Shown here piece by piece: positions 25,262-36,200 of a stretch of DNA of 44,740 bases. The stretch covers positions 30,549 to 75,288 of the forward strand of contig JAGQLL010000006.1 in assembly GCA_020429395.1 (NCBI GenBank). Reading direction: 5' to 3'. Positions within the stretch are counted from its first letter, which is position 1, and the number at the start of each line of letters is the position of its first letter. The stretch is from Candidatus Dojkabacteria bacterium (GTDB lineage Bacteria > Patescibacteriota > Dojkabacteria > B142 > OLB20). The position numbers and the translations under genes were made by a program. The notes beneath the pieces were generated by a model that was not told the origin of the DNA, ran no database searches, and saw only the letters and a list, made by a program, of their open reading frames with translations.

Positions 25262-27856
25262 TCAATTCTCAATATTGTCTTGCAATTCTTTAATCTTTAA
25301 TAAAGCATCCAGAGGAGATAAATGATCAATATTTATTTGCTTTATTTTCTTTTTAAGCTCACTTTCTTCTCTAATGTTTGAAAAGGATAGTTGTTCTTGA
25401 TAATCAATACTTCGTTCAGTAACTTTCTTGAATTGATTATTTTCTAATTCTTCGAGTATATCATCCGCACGTTCAATCACACTCTCAGGTATACCTGCTA
25501 TTTTTCCGACATAAATTCCATAACTACGATTTGTAAAGCCTGGCAGAATTTTATGCATAAAAATAATTTTTTCACCTTCTTCGTTTACCTCTACAAAATA
25601 GTTTTTTACTCCTGGTAATTTCTCTTCAAGTAAAATTAATTCGTGATAATGTGTTGCAAATAGTGTTCTAGCCTTAATATTGTTAACTATATGCTCAACA
25701 ATTGCCCATGCAATTGCCAAACCGTCATAAGTACTAGTACCTCTCCCTATTTCATCAAGAATTATCAGTGACCTTTCAGTAGCATTATTTAAGATATTAG
25801 CTGTTTCTAACATTTCTACCATGAATGTCGACTCTCCTCCAGCGAGATTGTCAGCTGAACCCACTCGAGTGAAGATTCTATCGGTTAACACAATCTTTGC
25901 GTAATCAGCTGGTACGAAACAGCCTATTTGAGCCAAAATGAATAATATTGCAACTTGTCTGATATAGGTTGATTTACCAGACATGTTTGGCCCTGTTAAT
26001 ATGATAAATTCAGTTGTATCTTTCTTAAAATAGATATCATTTGGGATAAACTGCTCTTCCATGGAAGATTCAACAACAATATGCCTAGAATTTTTGAACT
26101 CGGTGGGTTCTTCGATGTTCTCACTAATTTCTGGTCTTGTCATATTTAATTCAATTGCTAGATATGCAAAGTTAACATATACATCAATTGATGAGATTGC
26201 TCTGGAATAAGAAATTATTGAAGAAATTTTGCTTACGATCTCTTTACGAACATCTTCAAATATTTCATACTCTATCTCCGATGCTTTTGACTGTGCTTCA
26301 AGTACTATTACCTCCCATTTTTTTAATTCTTCAGTAATATATCTCTCGGCATTAACTAGAGTCTGCTTTCTGATATAGTTCTCTGGTGCTTTATCCGCAC
26401 TAGATTTACTAATTTCGATGTAATATCCAAAGACTTGATTGAAACCTACTTTCAAACTTGAAATTCCAGTTTTGGCTTTTTCGGATTCTGCTAAATTTTT
26501 TATGTATTCTCTTCCTTGTTTCGCCTCGGTATTAATTTTATCAAGAGACTTGTTATAACCCTCTTTTACAATATTTCCCTCTGTAATGGTTATAGCTGGG
26601 TCATCTTTGATTGAGTTAGCTATTAGGTCAACTATGAATTTGATATCAGTATAGATTTCAGCATTTGGAAGATTTTCTTTAAGTTTGTTTAACTTACTTG
26701 ATTTTATTACATCATAAAGAATATTAGCTTTCTCCAAACTGTTCTTTAAAAAAATCAAATCTCTAGCATTAATAGATCCGGTTGCTAATCTTGAAGTTAA
26801 TCTTTCGATATCTGTGATATCTCTTAATGCAGTTTTGAGCTTCTCCAACAGGTTTGTGTTGTTTACTAATTCACTAGTATTTTCATATCTCTGTTCTATC
26901 TGTTCTTTCTTTTTAAGTGGTCTCAACAGCCAATTTCGTAGAAGTCTCTGTCCCATAGCTGTTTGGCAATTGTTTATTGTATTAAAGAGAGAATTTTCAT
27001 CATTTCCCCTGAGCGAATAAAATAATTCCAAGCTGTTAATAGTGGTCTGATCAAGATTCAAAAAATCTTCATTTTGCTGATATGTGATTGTTCTAATATG
27101 TTGAAGTTCTGTTTTCTGTGTATTTTCAAGATATTTATATAGAACTCCCGCAGAAGTAATACCTACAGAATATTTTTCAATTCCGAATGACTTAAAGGAT
27201 TTAATCTTTAACTTTTCCATTAATACTCTAGAGCTTTTTTGGAAATCGAATTCGAAAGAATCTAGTAGTTGGATAGTGAACTTTGAAAGTAAGTGTCGAA
27301 GTGATTCATATTGCTTTCTGTTGATAATTAACTCTGCTGGTCTAAGTCTGTAAAGTTCTTGAATTAAATCGTTTGGGAGAGTATTTTCTTTTGAATTGTA
27401 TTCATTGATTTTGAATTCACCAGTACTGATATCACAATAAGCTAAACCCCACTTTCTAAATTTCCTATCATAATGAATAACAACAAGATAATTATTCTCA
27501 TATTCACGAAGTAAATTTTCATCAAGTATTGTTCCTGCCGTGATGACTTTAACAACATCTCTTTTAACAAGCTTACCAGTCACAGCTGGCTCAAGTTGAT
27601 CAGCAAGAGCCACTTTATGGCCATTTTTAATAAGTTTTGGTAGATATTGCTTTAGTGCATGATGGGGTATACCAGCCATTGGTATGCGATTCTCAGCTTT
27701 CCCTCTGCCAGTAAGAGTAATTCCTAGTACTTTAGAAATTGTTTTTGCATCATCATCAAAAGCTTCGTAGAAATCACCCAATCTAAATAACAATATGCAG
27801 TCTGGATATTTATCCTTTAAGTTCATATATTGTGAATACATTGGGGTGTCTGCCAT
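25262..27856 (-). CDS. mutS: DNA mismatch repair protein MutS
   Basis: MADTPMYSQYMNLKDKYPDCILLFRLGDFYEAF, the Walker A motif ILTGPNMSGKSTYIRQ, LIILDEIGRGTSTYDG and FATHYHEL. The ATG at 27856 is preferred over the GTG at 27877. Confidence 0.93.
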   Translation of the reverse strand: MADTPMYSQYMNLKDKYPDCILLFRLGDFYEAFDDDAKTISKVLGITLTGRGKAENRIPMAGIPHHALKQYLPKLIKNGHKVALADQLEPAVTGKLVKRDVVKVITAGTILDENLLREYENNYLVVIHYDRKFRKWGLAYCDISTGEFKINEYNSKENTLPNDLIQELYRLRPAELIINRKQYESLRHLLSKFTIQLLDSFEFDFQKSSRVLMEKLKIKSFKSFGIEKYSVGITSAGVLYKYLENTQKTELQHIRTITYQQNEDFLNLDQTTINSLELFYSLRGNDENSLFNTINNCQTAMGQRLLRNWLLRPLKKKEQIEQRYENTSELVNNTNLLEKLKTALRDITDIERLTSRLATGSINARDLIFLKNSLEKANILYDVIKSSKLNKLKENLPNAEIYTDIKFIVDLIANSIKDDPAITITEGNIVKEGYNKSLDKINTEAKQGREYIKNLAESEKAKTGISSLKVGFNQVFGYYIEISKSSADKAPENYIRKQTLVNAERYITEELKKWEVIVLEAQSKASEIEYEIFEDVRKEIVSKISSIISYSRAISSIDVYVNFAYLAIELNMTRPEISENIEEPTEFKNSRHIVVESSMEEQFIPNDIYFKKDTTEFIILTGPNMSGKSTYIRQVAILFILAQIGCFVPADYAKIVLTDRIFTRVGSADNLAGGESTFMVEMLETANILNNATERSLIILDEIGRGTSTYDGLAIAWAIVEHIVNNIKARTLFATHYHELILLEEKLPGVKNYFVEVNEEGEKIIFMHKILPGFTNRSYGIYVGKIAGIPESVIERADDILEELENNQFKKVTERSIDYQEQLSFSNIREESELKKKIKQINIDHLSPLDALLKIKELQDNIEN

Positions 27857-27904
27857 CGGAAATGATATTGAAAGCACATTTTAACATAAGTATATCTGGT
27901 TTTT

Positions 27905-27948
27905 TCATACAAAAATCCCCCCTTCTTGTTTCCTCAAAGGGGGGATTA
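27905..27948 (-). terminator. rho-independent terminator after the secreted-protein gene
   Basis: AATCCCCCCTT / AAGGGGGGATT 11-bp stem (27914-27924 / 27937-27947), followed on the minus strand by a T-run. Confidence 0.7.
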
Positions 27949-27971
27949 ACCTATTTACCAATTATCTCTTC

Positions 27972-29441
27972 TTATCCTTCTTTTGCACAGGTAACCACTT
28001 CAACTAATGAATAGTGTGATTGGTTACATTTTCTTGCACTATATTGATTTACACATGCATTATATTCTGCTTGTGTAATATCTAATTTACTCGTCACATT
28101 TATCTTGTCATATTTTCCTTCAAGGTAAATATAATCAAGATTTCGAGGAGTACCATCATTTACTTCTTTCACAATGTTTTGTCTACAGTACATAAATTTA
28201 CTGTATTCTGTTTTTGGATCATCAATATCTTTTAATTGAACTCCATCATCCCAGCTTTTTGTATTTCCAAGATCCTCGCATTTCATTGCCAAGTTCTTTG
28301 TAGATGTACTTTGGTTATCAATATATGTGAAAGTCACTGTGTGATTCTCTGCGTTTTGCACCTGAGGGTGAAAAGCATTCCCAATTTGTGGATTCTTATC
28401 AGTCGCTCCAGTCCAACCCCAAAGTGTTCTTACCTTAATAGGGTATTTCTTAGCAACGTCACTAAAAGTAACTGTACCTAAGTCATAGCTTCTCTTGTTT
28501 ACTTTTGATGCATTGAATTCTCCAGAATATAGCTTTTGGGTTGTCCACTGAGTACAAACTAATGGTTTGTTAGTTGGTGTAGGTGTAGCAGTTGCTGTTG
28601 GTCGAGGTGTGCTCGTTGGTCGAGGAGTTGAAGTTGGAACAGTTGTTGGTATTGTAGGTGGCGTTGATGTAGGTTTTATCAAATTACAGAATTCTAGGTT
28701 ATCTATTGCAGATGAACCACTAAAGTGAACTGTAATATTCTTAATGTTTTGACCGTAATCTCTAGTGCTTACCTTCCATACATATTTATCTGGTAAGTTT
28801 GAACCGTCATGTGTGTTCATACCAACTTTTTCGGTTTTACCATCTGCAGTTGTAACAGTATAGTAATTGTTGTTGATTCTTTGAACACCGTGATAGTATC
28901 CTAATTCATCTCCCATATCAACAGCATCAAATTTAACTTGTGTTACATTTGAACCATTGAAGTTTATTGAAAGATTTCCTCCGTCATGATTATCTCTTGA
29001 GAAAGAATTGTCTACATTAGTATAGACAGGGTTTGTGTTATTTACGTCGCTAACTCGGTAATGTTTACCACCGTTCATGATCAACATCTTACCTGTACCT
29101 ACTCTTAGGTCAGGTGTGTTGTCATTAGCATAAGGATCAACAACTCTTATGTCTAAAACCTTGAAAGGATTATAATAATCCCCCTGTGGTTTTATATTAT
29201 TTGTTGAAGATAGTGTTGCATAAGTTGCATTTAGACTACCTGTTGCTGGAGACCATAAATTGGTAATTACCTCATTATGATTCCTAGCGTCAAACACCCA
29301 TTTAAAACATGAAGGTGTCTGAGTTTTGCTTGATACCGCTGCCTGAGTGTTTGGTTGGTATGCAGGCAAAACCATTGCTGACAACATCGTGATAACTATG
29401 AAAGCTACCAATGTTGTATATCCAATAAGTAAATTCTTCAT
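27972..29441 (-). CDS. secreted or surface protein with Pro/Thr-rich linker
   Basis: N-terminal signal/anchor MKNLLIGYTTLVAFIVITMLSAMVLPAYQ and central linker TSTPPTIPTTVPTSTPRPTSTPRPTATATPTPTNKP. Cys-containing flanking domains of unknown family. Confidence 0.6.
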   Translation of the reverse strand: MKNLLIGYTTLVAFIVITMLSAMVLPAYQPNTQAAVSSKTQTPSCFKWVFDARNHNEVITNLWSPATGSLNATYATLSSTNNIKPQGDYYNPFKVLDIRVVDPYANDNTPDLRVGTGKMLIMNGGKHYRVSDVNNTNPVYTNVDNSFSRDNHDGGNLSINFNGSNVTQVKFDAVDMGDELGYYHGVQRINNNYYTVTTADGKTEKVGMNTHDGSNLPDKYVWKVSTRDYGQNIKNITVHFSGSSAIDNLEFCNLIKPTSTPPTIPTTVPTSTPRPTSTPRPTATATPTPTNKPLVCTQWTTQKLYSGEFNASKVNKRSYDLGTVTFSDVAKKYPIKVRTLWGWTGATDKNPQIGNAFHPQVQNAENHTVTFTYIDNQSTSTKNLAMKCEDLGNTKSWDDGVQLKDIDDPKTEYSKFMYCRQNIVKEVNDGTPRNLDYIYLEGKYDKINVTSKLDITQAEYNACVNQYSARKCNQSHYSLVEVVTCAKEG

Positions 29442-29701
29442 TGGTTATTTATATAAAATATTAAATAAAAAAATATTAATCTATATTCATTATATCAGAG
29501 TATTGCATTTCTATGTTAAAAAACAATTTCTTTAACTTCGGAAAGTGAAGTAATATTATAACCCAGGTTCTAATTCTTGTGTTGTAATTTAATCCTATTG
29601 GCTTTAACAATAAATATATTTGAGCAAATTGGTCTATTGTAGTATCATTTGTGGGTATAATAATATTGATTATTAGATTTATAAATTGGGTTTTCCTCCA
29701 A

Positions 29702-29897
29702 AAGTTTCAACTATTAAAGGGAGTTGAAACTTAAAAGGAGATGCAACCGTAAGCTGGAAGGAAGATGTTCACAATCTTAATGGAGGCTGAAGTTTTGCAT
29801 CGACGTGCTGAGGTGGTCCTTCTTCGCAATAGCTACGAAGGATAAACTACATGGTAGAAGTGCCTAAGCCAAGGCTTCTGCAGGAAGGCGCGCTCAT
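29702..29897 (+). ncRNA. conserved structured leader, copy B, fused to a tRNA-Leu-like 5' stub and extra hairpins (candidate ~230-nt sRNA)
   Basis: 29702-29806 aligns to 7314-7419. The 9-bp hairpin is AGTTTCAAC/GTTGAAACT (closing pair C-G, versus T-A in copy A). It is followed by GCTGAGGTGG (9/10 identical to the tRNA-Leu 5' end) and hairpins such as TCCTTC..GAAGGA (29817-29842). TATAAT at 29656-29661 lies upstream, and a separate TATAAT at 29915-29920 serves tRNA-Leu. Confidence 0.45.
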
Positions 29898-29931
29898 TAA
29901 AACATAAAATGCAATATAATTAGTACAACAT

Positions 29932-30012
29932 GCCGAGGTGGCGAAATGGTAGACGCGCTAGTCTTAGGAACTAGTCCCTTCGGGGGTGGAGGTTCGAGTC
30001 CTCTCCTCGGCA
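29932..30012 (+). tRNA. tRNA-Leu (anticodon TAG)
   Basis: Acceptor GCCGAGG/CCTCGGC, anticodon stem CTAGT/ACTAG with loop CTTAGGA, long variable arm, T arm GGAGG-TTCGAGT-CCTCT. No encoded CCA. Confidence 0.9.
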
Positions 30013-30276
30013 TACTAAGTAAAACATAACTTTCTCCAAGTTCAACATTCTTAGGTTCTCCCTCAGAACGAATCTTAACTCAAACAACGTCTGATTAGAT
30101 ATTCTCTGAAATTCTACAAATCTTTTTCCACTTGTTTTTGTTGCATACTTTTCCAGAATAGAAGTAATTATTTATAGACTTTATAAAAATCTCCGAAAAA
30201 TAATTTGTTACGAAATACTCAATGTCAATTTCTGATAATATAATTATTAACATTCCATAAGATACTAGTAATAATA

Positions 30277-33200
30277 ATGAATCTTGTAGCAACTCCAGAA
30301 TCACCCAATAATAATATAATAGAAGACTCGACTGAACCTCCTGTTATCTCTGACAAATCATACGCAGAAAGTAGAGGGAAACTGTTGCCTACCCAGACAA
30401 CCGAAGTGCCCAGCATGGACAAAGTTAATGTTTTTAGATTACCCAGGCTTGAATTAAAAGGATTAGAAAGACAAAAAAGAGAAATGATGGTAGGTAGAAG
30501 ACTAGAAAGACTTAAAACAGAGAAGAGAGATATGAATTCAGTGATTGGTTACGAAGATGTTACAGAATATTGTAAAGTGGAAGAAAAAATTTCTTCCAGC
30601 GATGACGAGGCTACCCTAGAAACTAATCATCTACAAAATTTTGAAGATGCTGCTGAAATTCGAAGTAGGATGACTTTTACACAAAAGTTAAGTAGGAAAA
30701 AGTTTGAACTAAAACTTAAACAAGAAGGTTTTAGCAATGCTTCGGAGTTGTTAGAAGTAATAGAAAATACAGGTTTTGCTACTGTCTCTAATAAAAATAA
30801 GGAAGATATATATATTAAGAATTTCAATTATTCTAGAATCGATTTAGATTTTATAAAACAATTACAAAAAAAAGGTATTGATCCACAGATACTGTTTACT
30901 AGGTTATCAATGCTTGATTGTCCAAGCTATCTTTTGCATGATTTTGACGAAGGCACACTTGACAGTCTTATTCAAATAGGTGTGTTAGATGAAAAAACAT
31001 TTTCTTCTAATTATCAAAAAATTAAATCATATAACTTCTTACGTATCAGTGAACAACCATCGAACCAAGATACGATCAATGCCCTTATTGGTTTGCTAAG
31101 TGAACAAACTCTTCCTATTGAAACTTCAAATAAACTTGAAATCGCTCAAAAAATTCATAAGTCAACATATCAGCGTGTCCCACTTAATGGATTATTAAAA
31201 ACATCAATTGAAGATCTTGAATTACTAGGCCAACTATCCAACCGTTCCACCTATAGTTGGAATTCAAATGCATATATTAATTCTAAAGAGCTTGTAGCAC
31301 TCTTTAAAGAAAAAGGACTGGCTGAAGACTTAGCTATTTTCCTCAAATACAAGCATAATCCCACATCATATAAGTTTGATATTTCAAATTTAACAAAAGT
31401 ATCAGAGGAAGAGAGGGAAGATACATTTCAATACATTAAGAAGTTCTCTAATTTCATGTCTGACCCCGACAAACGTTTATGGCTTAGTGTCTTTCAGAGC
31501 GTTGATACACATTCGGGCGATAACAGAATAAATGAATTTGCGATAGACAGAGCGGAGGAAACATTTAAATATAAGCATATATTAGAGACTTATTTCGCCC
31601 TTCCCGGACATGAGAGATCACTTGGAAACACGAGTTTCATGTCAGAATTAATTCGCGAACTTGATTCTTTAGTACTGTCAGATCCTGATAAAGCATCAGA
31701 ACTACTAAGCTTCAAACCGGATGAATACTATATATTATATTTGAATAGCATCTTTAAGCTGGGTGGTCTTTCTGTACAAAAATATGAGGAAATGAGAGGG
31801 AATAAACCAGAAAAGTATATTTTAGAAGATGTACAAGGAATTATTCGTAGTTATCAAGTTATTGAACAAGAATCTGAAGAAAATAAGCTTCAACTAATAC
31901 TTGACCTTGAGGATTTAGACGGAAAGTACTTAAGCCATAGTAATACAAATGCAATTCAAAGAGATGAAGATAACATCACAAACAAATTAAAACTTGCAAA
32001 GAAATTTAGTAGTGTTAGCCCGGATATAAGACAGTTCATACTTGACACTCTTCCTACTTCTTTATCAGATTTTGAAGAGAAAAGTGCTACTTATGCCAAT
32101 TTTTTTCAAAATCTAGGCTTGGGAGATTTTAATGTAATAAATTTCTTAATAAATTCTAAATCTGGGAAAGAATTAGAATCCATGGCAAGAAGTTTTCAAT
32201 TCCTATTGAAAAATGAACAGTTGTTAAATCTCAGGATTGGACTTTTGAACATAGAATATAATAGAAATATCGGATTTTACAATTCAGAGCTTGAGACACT
32301 CAGATGGGTTACAGAATTAGAGGAAAATGAGTTTTTAAATCTTAGTAAAGAATTTCAGAAATATAATTATCGAAACATTAATACCTTATCTAACTTTGCA
32401 CTATATCATCAAAACCGAGAAAACGTTGAGGTATTAATTGATAAAATTAATAAATTTGAACATGGTGAGGACTCTTCAAAATACATAGACTTTGAGGGTT
32501 TTTCTGCAGATTTATGGAAAATTAGTAGTGTGATGGAAATTATCAATAACGGAAATATTGATACAGTACTAGACATCGCCCTTGAAATTACAGATACAGA
32601 ATCAATGATTTCCATAGATCATTTAGCATACCTATCTTCTATAGCTAGTTCGGATAACTTCAATGTAGAGAAATACAAAGAAACAATTAGAAGCATTCAA
32701 GAACTATTCAATGTTACTTCAAAATCTGATTTTAGATTTCTTTCGAAAGAAGAATTTAGTTCTATTTACGAAATTTCTCTCTTAGATGATGAAGCCAAGA
32801 TAAATTGGACTAGTTTTATAAATGGTTTTAAATCGTTGGACCAAAATGATTTTGATTTAAGGGATAAATTGTCAGCGTATTGGTCTCTTTTTAATAATGA
32901 AAACCGAGAAGAAATTGAAAACTTCCTAAAATCTTATAATGAAGAGGTTATAAACTTCAATTTTAGAGATTTTTTAAGTTTCTTGAACGGCTTAGGGAAA
33001 GATGACCTAAAAAAAGTTTTACAACTTCAAGACTTAAACGGTAACATTGGGAATGGATCAATAGAACTTAAAAACTTATCACACTCCACCTTGAATGATT
33101 TATCTGTTGAAGGATTAATATTAATAAATTCCGTAATCAGCCCCCAATTACAAATGAAACTTAGCAATATCCCTGGAAACATTTACCTTGATCAAATTGC

Positions 33201-36200
33201 TCGTTTCACTACCGACCCACAAAGTTACATACAGTACTCCATTCCTTTAATTAATCGATTTGCCGAAAACGATATCGTAGTCAATTTGAATATCGATCCT
33301 AATGACCTGAAGGACATCGAGCCATCAACAATTAATAGCCTTATCGATACTATGAGCACCTTAAATAGAAGCACTCTATTCAAAAACAAAGTGTTTTCAA
33401 GAGATTATAAAGATTATTTGAAATTAAATGAATTTTTCACGAAAAACGATATCTCTTTGGAAAATTTTAATAATGTAATTAGTAGCTTACAACAAGGGGA
33501 TATTAATAGTACACAGGAACTGATGATGTATTTCCAAAACGTTTATCCAATGGATTTAGAATACTACAATCAATTCATCACCACAATAAAAGAATACTGC
33601 CCATCATATGTTCAACCTTCTAATAATCGTTATGCACTTGAAACCAAAGCAAGTTTTGTTCAAAATATTGATTTTCTAAAACGAAACAAGTCGATTCTGA
33701 ATCCTTCTATAAAATTTGACATAGCAAGCTTTGAGACATTAAACAAATTGGTAAATATGGAATTTGATGACAACCAATTAGTTAATATTATCAATAATTC
33801 CGTAATAAAGTTCCCATTGTCAACTTTTGGTGATGTAATTGATATATTACCAACTAAAGATGCTTCACAGGTTCAATTCCTAATTGAAACTATTAATAAT
33901 CGATTATTTGAGCATTATGGTGAATCCCCCACTTCGCTTTCTTCAATAATTACTGAGCTATATAAATTAAAATCTTCGAATGCTGAAGGTGAAATAACCG
34001 AACAAATAACCGGTATCGTCGACTTATTATCAGAATTCCCAATTAATTTAAACGTGCTTGGATCAAATACTTACGCAGTTATTGATTTAGTCAAATCATC
34101 TCCATCAAATTTAAGATTTATTCTGGAACAATCATCAGGGTCTTCTGGGCTTATAAATATTAACACTCTACAACAATTTGTAAAAGCTGAAGTTCTTGAT
34201 ATTAATAGTGTCGAAGACCAACAAACATACCGAAGATTTGTAAATGAGATTGGTTACTTTCCTTCAAAGAAGATTTTTGCTCTTTACCGAAATTTTGATC
34301 AAAACAAAGACTTTACAACATCACTAGAATATCTTGAAAATATTGACGATCTTGCTGGAGTTGAAACGAAAAACGACTTTACTGAGAGAATTAAAGTTTT
34401 ACGAACTAACCTATTAAAAACAGGAAATGTTGATCCTAAATCGAGTTTGCAAAAAGATATTCTAATGATTGAAGGTCGCTTTGAACTAGGAAGATTTAAA
34501 CGGAATCAAGGACCCGAAGGTCTTGAGGCTATGGTTACTCAATATTATTATGACCTTGAAGAAAACAAAATCGCAGAATTACAAAGTGTTTTTACAGAGG
34601 GTGAAATTGAAGTAGATGTAGTTAAAAACTTTAAAATTAGCGAAGACTCTATAGGTATGATTGAAAGTATGTTAGGGAATACTAAAGAATCCATGCGTAT
34701 TCTAAATATGAATGGTAATGAAATAATTGAATACACACTTAGTGAATTATCCCAATATGTTCAGCATGAAATGAAGAAATTACAGACATTAGAAGAAAAC
34801 TCCACTATTGAACATCTTGAGGAGTTATCAGTTATTGAGGAAGCATTCAAATCACTCGATTTAAATAACATTGAGGGAACAAGTAACTTATTAAAATCAA
34901 TTGGTTTTGATGATAATCAAACAAAAATTCTTCAATATTTGCTACAAACGGAGAAGCCAAGTATTGAGCAACTCCAATCAGTTGATAAAACTTTTGAAGA
35001 TAAATCAATTCTTAATCGGACTATAGCACAGCTAAAAAAGAACAATCTGATAACTTATACCGAAAACGGAGACTTAGTTACAAATATTGATTTAATCCAG
35101 AATTATGCAATTAACAAAGTTAATAATAAAAATAAAAATATTGAGAAACAATTAAATAATAAAAAAGAAATGTATCGATCATTAATTACCACGATGAATG
35201 ATTTAAATACTATACTCAAAGAAAATGGTGATTTATCGAAAATTTGTGAGATTGCTGGATTAAGTAGTGAATTTAGATCAAGTAATCCGGAGGAACAAGT
35301 AATAATGGCAATGCTTTCTCTGCTATCAAACTATAAAGAACAAGCCTCAAAAAATAAAATTAATACAAATAATTTAAACGATTTAACACAAAGACTAATT
35401 TGGGCATATGTACTGAAAAATCCTCATCTATTAAATTTAAGCCATGAATTAGGCACTGAACTAACTAGTTTAGCTAGCACTGAGATTGGCTTAAGACATC
35501 TCAATACTTTTTCCGAGCTTGTTAATGAGCATATAGGAGCACATGCCATAGAAAGTATGCCACTTTCCAAAAATCAGAAAGAACAATTAAGAAAGTCTTT
35601 TAATATAAACCCATTAATTCAAGATTTGAATAATTTTAATGCTTCTGAAGCCACAAACAAGAACACTTATAGTATCCTCCCCACAAGAGGAGTCTTAGCT
35701 GAATTATCAGGTGACATGGGTGATGCTTGCTGGGCATCCAGATCATCTAATATTATGAGGGATAATCCTAACATGACAGCATTTACAATAGTAGAGAACT
35801 ATTCTGATCCATTAAGTGCAAAGTCTGTAGGTAGTTTCCTTGTAATTAGAGAGACAATAAATGGGCAACCTGCACTTATACTTAGAGGAATAAACCCACG
35901 TCAGGATATCTTTGATCAAGGAGTAACTGGAAATAGTTTCTTGGCAGAGACTCTAAAATATTTAGAAATTATTGCAAATAATATCAAAATGCAAGAAGGA
36001 GCAAGAAACGTAATCATTGTAGCCCCACGTAGTGAAAGTGGTGCTTTCTCTAATAGAGAAGCACTTAACTCAGCACATCAAAATTATTTTAGTGGTTCAG
36101 ATTATCACTTAGATCATATAAATACTTTTAATAGTTATAATATTACCCAGAATATTTCAATCAGAAATGGAGATACGGTCTTATCTGAAGAAACAGTTGC

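Noticed and set aside
29745-29890. SRP (4.5S) RNA, suggested by GGAAGGAAG and AGCCAAGG strings
   Set aside because: The two motifs are about 90 nt apart rather than contiguous around one GNRA-capped helix. The paralogous leader at 7314-7419 lacks them, and two SRP RNA genes would be implausible.
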